From positions 33,599-97,598 of the forward strand of contig JACQON010000030.1 in assembly GCA_016202545.1 (NCBI GenBank): a stretch of DNA of 64,000 nucleotides, read 5' to 3'. The stretch comes from Chloroflexota bacterium (GTDB lineage: Bacteria > Chloroflexota > Dehalococcoidia > Dehalococcoidales > JACQON01). A program made the translations under genes and the position numbers. This document shows, one piece after another, positions 1 through 7,356 of the stretch (its first letter is position 1; each line of letters starts with the position of its first letter). The notes under the pieces were generated by a model. The model did not search any database and was not told the origin of the DNA. It was given only the letters and a program-made list of their open reading frames with translations.

Positions 1-896
1 GCGGCACGCACCAGATACCCCACGGCCAGGGACTTGTACCGGCCGAAACGGTCTGAGGCCCAGCCGCCGAAGATTGACCCCACCGCGCCAGCACCCCCCA
101 CCAGCCCCAGCGCGGTTGCCCCTTGCTGCGGTGAGAAGTTGTGCTCCAGGGCGATAGCCGGCAGGTGCCCCATGAGGAATAGCCCGGTGAAGCCACAGCC
201 GAAGTAAGTGACCATCAGCAGCCAGTAAGGCCCGGTCTTGGCTGCCTGGCGCACCTCGCTGCTGAAGATGAAGCCTTGCCTCAAACTGAGAGCCGGGTCG
301 CCTTCCCGGGCCTCGGGGGGCTCGCGCAAGAAGAACCATGATAATGGCAGCGCCGCCAGCAGCATTATGGCCGCCAGGCCGAGAAAGGCGCCCCGCCAGC
401 CCCAGTCGATAATCAAGTTTGCCGCCAGGGGGGAAAAGACCAGGGTACCCAGGGGTATGCCTGCCAGAATGTAGCCCAGGGCTCTCCCCCGCTGGTGCTT
501 AAACCAGCGGGCGACGAGGAGAGAGAATGGAGCCACGTTGAGCCCGCTGGAGGCGCCGCCTGCCAGCAGACCGTAGCCCAGCATAAGGTACCAGAAATCC
601 TGGGCCATGGCGGTGACGGCAAAGCCCAGGGACATCAGTATCACTGCCAGTATGATAGCCTTGCGCGGGCCTTTGTAGTCCATCAAAGCTCCGGTGACGG
701 GCTGCATGAGCCCCCAGATGACCATGTTCAGAGAAAAAGGCAAAATGGACTGTAAGCGGCTCAGATTGAAAGCTTCCTCCAGAGGAACAACGAAGACGCC
801 GTATGACATCCGGACGCCGTTGGCGATGAATCCCACCAGGGCGCCAATAGCCAGGATGAACCACGGGTTTATGTTTTTGCTGGCAGGCGGGTACAT
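1..896 (-). CDS. MFS transporter (oxalate/formate antiporter-like); the 3' end runs off the window
   Basis: My own minus-strand translation from the ATG at 896-894 reads MYPPASKNINPWFILAIGALVGFIANGVRMSYGVF... The frame stays open and hydrophobic to position 1. It is absent from the ORF track because it is open at the window edge. Confidence 0.7.
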   Translation of the reverse strand, partial: MYPPASKNINPWFILAIGALVGFIANGVRMSYGVFVVPLEEAFNLSRLQSILPFSLNMVIWGLMQPVTGALMDYKGPRKAIILAVILMSLGFAVTAMAQDFWYLMLGYGLLAGGASSGLNVAPFSLLVARWFKHQRGRALGYILAGIPLGTLVFSPLAANLIIDWGWRGAFLGLAAIMLLAALPLSWFFLREPPEAREGDPALSLRQGFIFSSEVRQAAKTGPYWLLMVTYFGCGFTGLFLMGHLPAIALEHNFSPQQGATALGLVGGAGAVGSIFGGWASDRFGRYKSLAVGYLVRA

Positions 897-962
897 AATG
901 GCCAATTATACACGGGCCTATCCTGCGGGTTCAACTCTAACCTACCCCGCAGCGAAGCGCGC

Positions 963-977
963 CTTTTGCGACAAAAG
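963..977. promoter_or_regulatory. Palindrome CTTTTG-cga-CAAAAG upstream of the hemerythrin cluster (candidate operator)
   Basis: Perfect 6-bp inverted repeat with a 3-nt spacer, about 85 nt upstream of the ATG at 1062, in the divergent MFS/hemerythrin intergenic region. Confidence 0.25.
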
Positions 978-1061
978 TCGTATACACCCAGTCCGGTTAT
1001 TGCTAAATTTGAAGTGTGAATCTTGGCTAAGCACGGCAAAAACCTGGAAAGGAGGACTTGA

Positions 1062-2078
1062 ATGGAGGCGGTCAAGACTATTGATGTCAAAGGACTGGGA
1101 CATGTTGAGAAGGAGGGCCTCATCTTCCCCGGCATCCAGCAGCTCACCGGCGGCCAGACACTGAGGATTATCGTCGAGTTTAACCCGCTGCCGCTGGTCT
1201 ACATGCTGAAGGCCCAGGGTGAGTGTGAGGTGTCCTATGAGAAGGAAGGGCCGGATGAGTGGATACTGAGGGTGAAAAAGGCGGCCGGCGAGGATGACAC
1301 CAAGCGGCAGTTCAGGGAAATGCTGGCGGAGTTGAAGGGCGGCCAGGTGTCCGAGGAGGCCAAGGAGAAGGCCAGGGACCTCTTGCAGTCGGTCGATGCC
1401 AAAAGCCTGGGCATCCTGGAGCAGGAGCTGATAAGGGAAGGCGTCTCCCATGAGGAAATCAGGAGCAGCCTGTGCGATATCCACCTCGATATTATGAGGG
1501 ACAGCCTGGTGGCCAAGAGGATAGAGGTGGCGGCGCCCCACCCGGTCAACACCCTGATGGAAGAGCACAAGGTCATCCTTGACCACCTGCACGAGCTTGG
1601 TGACCTGGTATGCAAGCTGCAGGAGACCGACTCTTTCGAAAGCATGGGGGAGGACCTGGACAAGCTGGAGCATATCGCCCACCACCTGATAGAGGCGGAG
1701 AGCCACCATCAGCGGGAAGAAGACGTGCTTTTCCCCCGGCTGGAGGCGCACGATATAACTGAGCCGCCATCAATCATGAAGATGGACCACGTGGAGTTCA
1801 GGAAGAGGAAGCAGGCGCTGTATCAACTGGCCCATAACGCCGGGGACTATGATTTCCAGGAGTTCAAGGCCAGGGCCGTTGAGCTTGGGGAATACCTGGC
1901 CAGAGAGCTTGACAGCCATATCTTCAAAGAGGACAATATCCTCTACCAGATTGCCCTTCAGATGTTGAGCGACGCGGAATGGGATGAAGTCAAGCGGGAG
2001 TGCGATAAAATAGGCTACTGCTGCTTCACCCCGGCGGACGTGCAGCCGAAGGAGCACCAGGCGGTCGGGGAGAAGTGA
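1062..2078 (+). CDS. DUF2249 / DUF438 / hemerythrin fusion protein with a Cys-rich C-terminus
   Basis: 338 aa. The N-terminus has a DUF2249-like pattern (LRIIVEFNPLPLVYML...WILRV). The middle is DUF438-like. Hemerythrin HHE-type motifs are present (MEEHKVI, HHQREEDVLFP, HIFKEDNILY). The tail reads CDKIGYCCF. RBS GGAAAGGAGG precedes the ATG. Confidence 0.75.
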   Translation: MEAVKTIDVKGLGHVEKEGLIFPGIQQLTGGQTLRIIVEFNPLPLVYMLKAQGECEVSYEKEGPDEWILRVKKAAGEDDTKRQFREMLAELKGGQVSEEAKEKARDLLQSVDAKSLGILEQELIREGVSHEEIRSSLCDIHLDIMRDSLVAKRIEVAAPHPVNTLMEEHKVILDHLHELGDLVCKLQETDSFESMGEDLDKLEHIAHHLIEAESHHQREEDVLFPRLEAHDITEPPSIMKMDHVEFRKRKQALYQLAHNAGDYDFQEFKARAVELGEYLARELDSHIFKEDNILYQIALQMLSDAEWDEVKRECDKIGYCCFTPADVQPKEHQAVGEK

Positions 2079-2205
2079 ACTGGGGCTGCCCCCATCAACT
2101 CAATGACTTCTGCCACAGGCTGAACAAGGGATGCCGGCCAGGAATAAAGGGCTGCATATTAAGCGGAAGCGTGGTATTCTTCAGTCCGGAAAAGGAGGAA
2201 ACGCT

Positions 2206-2436
2206 ATGGACAAGGTAGAAACCCTGGACCTGAGACAGATAATGCCCTTCGAGAGGCATGAGCGGATATTCGAGAAATGGGATGCGCTAAAGTCCGGGGA
2301 GACGTTGAAAATCATAAATGACCATGACCCCAAACCGCTGCACTACCAGTTTGAAGCCGAGTACAAAGACCACTACCAGTGGCAATACGAGCAAAGCGGG
2401 CCGAAGGACTGGATTGTAGACATTAAAAAGGTTTGA
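2206..2436 (+). CDS. DUF2249 domain protein (small SirA/TusA-like fold)
   Basis: 76 aa counted from the ATG at 2206, which is preceded by AAAGGAGG. The ORF-track start at 2131 lacks an RBS. Sequence: LDLRQIMPFERHERIFEKWDALKSGETLKIINDHDPKPLHYQFEAE...DWIVDIKK. Confidence 0.7.
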   Translation: MDKVETLDLRQIMPFERHERIFEKWDALKSGETLKIINDHDPKPLHYQFEAEYKDHYQWQYEQSGPKDWIVDIKKV

Positions 2437-2476
2437 CAGGCAACAGCTAAAAAGATACTTATCAGGAGGAACAGGC

Positions 2477-2974
2477 ATGCTTAACGGGAAAAGACCAACC
2501 GAGATACTGAAACAGGAACATAAGGATGTGCTCCAGCGCCTGGATTCCCTGGAGAAAGTCCTTGACCATCTGGACAGGAAAGAGGAGATTGCGGCTGAGC
2601 TGAAAGGACTGGCGTCCTTTTTCAATGTTGATTTCTGGGTTCACTTCGCCAAGGAGGAAGACGCCCTCTTCCCCGAGATTGAGAAGTTCATTCCCAGGAA
2701 CAGCGGCCCTACCGGTATCATGCTCAGCGAACACGAAGACTTAAGAGGAATCAACGCCGAGCTTCAGCCGGCAATCCAGACTTACCTTGTCGACTCCGGC
2801 GGTCCGGAAGCGAAGCGCACCATACAGGGCCGCGGCCATCATTTCATTGAAGTGCTCAGAGACCACATCAACAAGGAAGATAACATCCTGTTCCGCATCG
2901 CCGATATGCATCTCGACCAGGCCCAGATAGAGCGAGTTGTCGTCCTTTTTGATAAAATAGAGAAGGGGAGGTAA
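2477..2974 (+). CDS. Hemerythrin (HHE cation-binding) domain protein
   Basis: 165 aa with motifs ILKQEHKDV, HFAKEEDALFPEIE, SEHEDL and HINKEDNILF. RBS AGGAGG lies upstream. Confidence 0.8.
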   Translation: MLNGKRPTEILKQEHKDVLQRLDSLEKVLDHLDRKEEIAAELKGLASFFNVDFWVHFAKEEDALFPEIEKFIPRNSGPTGIMLSEHEDLRGINAELQPAIQTYLVDSGGPEAKRTIQGRGHHFIEVLRDHINKEDNILFRIADMHLDQAQIERVVVLFDKIEKGR

Positions 2975-2977
2975 CCA

Positions 2978-3478
2978 ATGGCTAAAACTACACTGGACCC
3001 AATCGTTGAGTTCCGGGAAGACCACCGGAAAGTGCGGGATAGCCTGCTTGACCTGGCCAGCGCCGCTGAGGCGGGGGACTTGGCCAGGGCCAGGGACATC
3101 CTGGGGAGAATAGATACTATGGTAGGGCCTCATTTCCGCTACGAGGAAGAGACCCTGTACCCTACCCTGAAGGAGTTCCTGGGCGACTACGTAGACAGCC
3201 TCATCAAGGAGCATGACGGGGCGATAGATACCGCCAGAGTCGCGGCTAAGCTGCTGTCCCAGCCTTCTCTGTCTGCGGAGGAAGGCAAAGCGGTGGCCAA
3301 AGCAGCCAGGGCGCTTCTGGTGCACGTCAGCAACTGCGACGGGCTGAACATACTGACCGAGCGGCTGTCAAAGGAGAAGCTGGCAGGGCTGGGCAAGCAC
3401 TTTGCCCGGTCTCGCGCTGAAGGCATATCCCTGCTCCGCTGGGCAGACACCATTCGAAAAGGACTAGCTGCAAGTTGA
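2978..3478 (+). CDS. Hemerythrin-like domain protein
   Basis: 166 aa with motifs FREDHRKVRD, HFRYEEETLYP and IKEHDG. It starts 4 nt after the previous stop, with GGGGAGG upstream. Confidence 0.65.
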   Translation: MAKTTLDPIVEFREDHRKVRDSLLDLASAAEAGDLARARDILGRIDTMVGPHFRYEEETLYPTLKEFLGDYVDSLIKEHDGAIDTARVAAKLLSQPSLSAEEGKAVAKAARALLVHVSNCDGLNILTERLSKEKLAGLGKHFARSRAEGISLLRWADTIRKGLAAS

Positions 3479-3903
3479 CCGCAGGAGCGTCTCCGGGAAA
3501 AGAGCGGGTGGCCGTAGTCCTTCACAGCGGCTCCTATGACCGCGCCTCTTACGCGCTGTCCATTGCCACCGTGGCCCTGGCCAGCGGCATGGAAGCGCAT
3601 ATATTGCTCACCTTCGACGGCCTGAGAAGGTTCACCAGGGGACATCTGACCGACATCGGCGAGGAGACCCCGCAAAGCCTGAGGGCCAACATCGAACGCG
3701 GGCTGAAATCAGGCGGTATTCAGTCGCTGGAGGACCAGCTAGCCGGCGCTAAGAAAATGGGACTCAAGCTCTATGCCTGTCCTAACGCCATGGCGGCGCT
3801 GAACATCGGTCTGAAAGACCTGCGTGAGGAGATAGACCAGATTATGGGGCTGGCTGCTTTCCTGGAGCTGGCCCGGACTGCCGCCATCAACTGGTACATC
3901 TGA
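3475..3903 (+). CDS. DsrE/DsrF-like (peroxiredoxin-family COG2210-like) protein
   Basis: 142 aa: VAVVLHSGSYDRASYALSIATVALASGMEAHILLTFDGL...LKLYACPNAM. The TTG start overlaps the upstream stop (TTGA). Confidence 0.65.
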   Translation: MTAGASPGKERVAVVLHSGSYDRASYALSIATVALASGMEAHILLTFDGLRRFTRGHLTDIGEETPQSLRANIERGLKSGGIQSLEDQLAGAKKMGLKLYACPNAMAALNIGLKDLREEIDQIMGLAAFLELARTAAINWYI

Positions 3904-4008
3904 TATTATGGCCCGCTACGCATCATAATAGCGCAACCTGATGGAAGGAGAGGAACCATAACTACCCTATTCGAAAGACTTGACGGCAAAAAGGCCAGAG
4001 ACCTGCGG

Positions 4009-4332
4009 GTGCTCAGCGATTTCATCGCCGTCTTTTGCCGTGAGAAGCACCAGGCTGAGTCCAGGGAAGCCTTTCCCATCAAGGACGAAAGACTGCGCCA
4101 GGCCATCGGCGATAAGGAGATGATGCTGTGCCCGGACTGCACCCGGCTATTCAGCCACGGCACCGCCAAGCTGCTTTTGTGCCCGTATGACCCCAAGCCG
4201 ATGTGCAAGAAGTGTGAGACCCACTGCTATGCGCCCGGTTACCGGGAAAAGATACGCGAAGTAATGAAATTCTCCGGCATGTACCTGATGAAACACGGCC
4301 GGATGGACCTGATGCTCCATTACTTCTTTTAA
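4009..4332 (+). CDS. Nitrous-oxide-stimulated promoter family protein (YgbA-like)
   Basis: 107 aa with a Cys pattern: FCREKH...CPDC...CPYDPKPMCKKCETHCY. The true start is uncertain, because the frame is open upstream to about 3919 without an ATG. Confidence 0.7.
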   Translation: MLSDFIAVFCREKHQAESREAFPIKDERLRQAIGDKEMMLCPDCTRLFSHGTAKLLLCPYDPKPMCKKCETHCYAPGYREKIREVMKFSGMYLMKHGRMDLMLHYFF

Positions 4333-4337
4333 AGGCG

Positions 4338-4841
4338 ATGAGTGACATTAAGACGGCGTTGATGGGGGCGATGACGGCCTACTTCAACGACGATGCCAGA
4401 AGGATAAACCACGCCCGCAGGGTGACCGGATACGCCGAGGAGCTGTTGAAGCGGGAGGGAGGCGACTATCCGGTGGTCATCGCCGCCGCCGTGCTCCATG
4501 ACATAGGCATCCACCAGGCTGAGAGGAAATACGGCAGCGCCAGCGGCCAGTACCAGGAGAAAGAGGGACCGCCCATCGCCCGGGGCATCCTGATCGGGCT
4601 GGGGTTTGAGCTGGGGCAAATCGAGGAAATCTGCAATATCATCGCCCACCACCATAGCCCGGGCAAGGTGAACACCGGGAATTTTGCCCTGCTCTACGAT
4701 GCCGACTGGCTGGTGAATCTGCAGGACGAGTATGACATCCGGGACAGGGGCAAGCTGAGCGGCATCATCGACCGGGTGTTCCTGACCGAGAGCGGCAAGG
4801 CCCTGGCCAGGCAAATCTACCTGTCAACCCCGGACGGCTAA
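4338..4841 (+). CDS. HD domain metal-dependent phosphohydrolase
   Basis: 167 aa with INHARRV...AAAVLHDIG...IIAHHH (H...HD...H pattern). Confidence 0.75.
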   Translation: MSDIKTALMGAMTAYFNDDARRINHARRVTGYAEELLKREGGDYPVVIAAAVLHDIGIHQAERKYGSASGQYQEKEGPPIARGILIGLGFELGQIEEICNIIAHHHSPGKVNTGNFALLYDADWLVNLQDEYDIRDRGKLSGIIDRVFLTESGKALARQIYLSTPDG

Positions 4842-4894
4842 TAGACCCGGCCCTTAAGCTCGCCAGGCGTCCGCTCTCTCGAGACCCACGGCGC

Positions 4895-5473
4895 TCACAA
4901 AGAAATGATTTTGCCGGCCTTGAGCAGGGTGTCGGCGATGATGAACATGTTGGATACCTCCCCCACCGCCACTTTATCGCTCAGCCCAAAACGTGCCAGG
5001 CATGTGCCGCAGGCCAGTACCGCGGCTCCCTGCTCCTCCAACTGGCGCAGCTCCCCCAGCACCGGTGAATCGCCGGTGGCCAGCTTTACTCCGTTGTTAA
5101 TCAGGAGGACGGTCTCGGGACTGGCGGCGAGGCCGCCGACGGTGTGAAGAAAGCTCTGCATGAGCAAGCTGCCCAGTTGCTGGTCATCGCCCCGCCCCAG
5201 CACATCCGAGGTGATGAATAAGACGATGCCGGTGGCAGGTGCCTTCTCCTTTGTTTGCCCGGCTTGCTGCTTCCTCAACGTCAGGTAAATGCCGTCCTGC
5301 CTGGTCTCAACGCTCACCTGGCAACCTTCGCTCTGGCCGAGCCGGGTCACGTTGTCCCGCGCCGCCTGGTTATCCACGATGGTGACGACCTCTGTGCCCT
5401 TCTCCAGGGCTTTGCGGGTAAGCATCACCGGCTGCGGGCAGGGTAAATTTCTGGCATCAACTATTGTAGCCAT
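4895..5473 (-). CDS. yedF: YedF-type protein (N-terminal SirA/TusA-like CPxP domain plus C-terminal DsrE-like domain)
   Basis: 192 aa: VDARNLPCPQPVMLTRKAL, then VLFITSDVLGRGD...ACGTCL. This architecture is typical of the selenium-metabolism protein YedF family. Confidence 0.7.
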   Translation of the reverse strand: MATIVDARNLPCPQPVMLTRKALEKGTEVVTIVDNQAARDNVTRLGQSEGCQVSVETRQDGIYLTLRKQQAGQTKEKAPATGIVLFITSDVLGRGDDQQLGSLLMQSFLHTVGGLAASPETVLLINNGVKLATGDSPVLGELRQLEEQGAAVLACGTCLARFGLSDKVAVGEVSNMFIIADTLLKAGKIISL

Positions 5474-5502
5474 TTGTATTCCTCCTTTGTTTACAGTCCC
5501 GT

Positions 5503-6924
5503 TTACAGAAAGATGATGCCCGCCAGGACACCTGCTGCGAAGACCAGGAGTCCCAGCACCAGGGCCACCCTCAGGCTCCGGAACGCACCGGCGATGACGA
5601 TAAGGCAGGGTATGCTTACCGCCGGTAGGGTCAGCAGCGCCGCCGCAGCCACGCCAGGAAGCCCCTGGCCTATCATCGTCCCCGCCACCGGGATTTCCGT
5701 CCAGGTGGGCACCATGAGCAGGGTGGCGAAGGCGGCGGTAACGGTCACGCCGGCCGCGGTGTTCCCGGAAGCTGGCATCGCCTGCACTATGTATACTGCC
5801 AGCGCCGAGCTGACGATAAAAAGGGGTATGATGACCCTGGCCAGCCTCCCCGCGGCACGCAGCCAGCTTGAGATAAGCACAGTGGGTGAATTCATGGGTA
5901 CTGAGGAGGGCAACTCAAAGTGAAACAGGCGGCTATAGGCATTAAGCGCCCTCGCCGATAGCGACAGCGCTCTGTCGTCGGGCGACGCCGGCGCTTCTGT
6001 CCCGCCTGCCCATCTGGCCGCCAGCAGAGAGACCCCGTAGGTTATGAAGACGCCCACTATGATGCCACCCAGAATCCTGAGCAGTGCAAACCTGACGGGC
6101 AGGAGGGCACTGGCCAGAATCAACGAGGTGATATTTAGCATCGGCGAGGAAACGGTGAAGGCCAGCGCCGAGCTCAAGGAGAAGCCCTTGCGGTACAGGG
6201 CCGCGCCTATGGGTGCGGCGCAGCAGGAGCAAAAAGGCTGCGGCAGGGCCATGGCCACGCCGGCCAGGTGAGAGGGAAAACCGGTGCCCTTCGGCCGGGG
6301 TATAAGCGTCCCTCCGGCGGCCAGGAAAAGACCCCCCAGCAGCAGGCCAAGCACAGTGGCGTGCCACACCACCAGAAGGTAGTTTATCCCCTCTGCCGCA
6401 GGCTGGAGCCATGCCGGAAAGGTGGCGATTGGCATTGCCCATCCCAGCCCCATCGTCCCCGGACCGGGCTTCATTTCACCGGCAACTATAATCCTCGATG
6501 CCGGGACTCCCCGGTAGGTGAACAGGTCTATGACCAGGATGGCGCCAATGGCTATCGCCAGAACTCTGGTCAGGGCGCTGAGGTCCGTCCCTCCTTCTTT
6601 GAGGCCTCGCTCCAGCCGTGCCAGATATTTATAGCTCATCCACAGGCCCAGGCCACTGACCAAAAGCAGTGGCAGGTGGAGCAGGTCAAGGTTGAGCAAC
6701 GTTGAAGGCGCTCCCACTTTGAGGTAATCGGAAAACAGGAACCCTCGCCTTATATCCACCACCGTCAACAGGAGAAGGACGAGAAAAGCGAGGAAGAGAG
6801 CAAAGCTGATATAGTAATTTGTCTTTGCCTTCGGTATTGCCTTGTTTACCATGCTATGCCAGGCTCCTTTCGGCTGTTTTGGGACAAAACAAAAAGCGAT
6901 GGTCGAAGAGCTCCTCTTCACCAT
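5503..6924 (-). CDS. Multi-pass permease (predicted-permease / ArsP_1-like family with a CSCC motif)
   Basis: 473 aa, highly hydrophobic, with the motif PQPFCSCCAAPIGAAL. The ATG at 6852 (MVNKAIPKAK...) is a plausible alternative start. The stop lies 30 nt upstream of the yedF start, so the two are probably an operon. Confidence 0.7.
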   Translation of the reverse strand: MVKRSSSTIAFCFVPKQPKGAWHSMVNKAIPKAKTNYYISFALFLAFLVLLLLTVVDIRRGFLFSDYLKVGAPSTLLNLDLLHLPLLLVSGLGLWMSYKYLARLERGLKEGGTDLSALTRVLAIAIGAILVIDLFTYRGVPASRIIVAGEMKPGPGTMGLGWAMPIATFPAWLQPAAEGINYLLVVWHATVLGLLLGGLFLAAGGTLIPRPKGTGFPSHLAGVAMALPQPFCSCCAAPIGAALYRKGFSLSSALAFTVSSPMLNITSLILASALLPVRFALLRILGGIIVGVFITYGVSLLAARWAGGTEAPASPDDRALSLSARALNAYSRLFHFELPSSVPMNSPTVLISSWLRAAGRLARVIIPLFIVSSALAVYIVQAMPASGNTAAGVTVTAAFATLLMVPTWTEIPVAGTMIGQGLPGVAAAALLTLPAVSIPCLIVIAGAFRSLRVALVLGLLVFAAGVLAGIIFL

Positions 6925-7292
6925 CGCTTTGACGTCAGGCCCAAAGCGGCTGGCGGAGCCACGCCGCTAGCCTGGCGCTTGATGACCCTTCATGGAAAAG
7001 GAGTCCTTCGAGCAGATGACTGGCGCAGTACCTGCGCCACATGCTATGGCTCAGGTTCAGGTAAAGCGTAGCGTCCAGCTCATTGCCCTCACCCCCTTTC
7101 CCTCTACTGATGCCTTTTGCCCAAGTATAGCACCAGCCGCGGTCGTCTACAAGCGGAACCACACTTGATATTGTTTGGCAATTCACCAGACAGAGCGTTT
7201 GTAAACAATCTCCTCTGTGGTACTTTCAAAAGTGCTAACTGGTACGAAAACCCGAGGGATAAAGTCAATAAATGCTCTTCTTACTCAGCGCC

Positions 7293-7321
7293 TTGCCGTA
7301 TCCCGGGTGATGGACTATAAT
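7293..7321 (+). promoter_or_regulatory. Sigma70-like promoter TTGCCG-17-TATAAT for the EF-G paralogue
   Basis: -35 at 7293-7298, a 17-nt spacer, and -10 at 7316-7321. The implied TSS near 7328 argues against the ORF-track start at 7327. Confidence 0.45.
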
Positions 7322-7356
7322 TATCCATGATAACGGCCAGAGAAAATGGGGGTGAC

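Noticed and set aside
942-1751. A 269-aa minus-strand ORF antisense to the DUF2249/DUF438/hemerythrin gene.
   Set aside because: The plus-strand gene has clear domain motifs and an RBS. The antisense product is featureless.
6935-7186. An 83-aa minus-strand ORF whose middle (RGKGGEGNELDATLYLNLSHSMWRRYCASHLLEG) superficially resembles the GKG.K.R ... H..R...A.HLLE.G motifs of tyrosine recombinases. If real, it would be a possible integrase remnant next to the hemerythrin/YedF cluster.
   Set aside because: The two motif-like stretches are only about 17 residues apart, against about 90 in real integrases. The H-x-x-R spacing is off by one, and the downstream LGH...Y region is missing in all frames. 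The evidence is too weak without a database search.
7327-7356. N-terminal extensions implied by the ORF-track starts for EF-G. The same applies to the starts at 2131, 21043, 30177, 40861, 44869, 53977, 56316 and 17736.
   Set aside because: In each case an internal ATG with a Shine-Dalgarno sequence, a mapped promoter inside the extension, or overlap with the upstream gene supports the shorter gene model.
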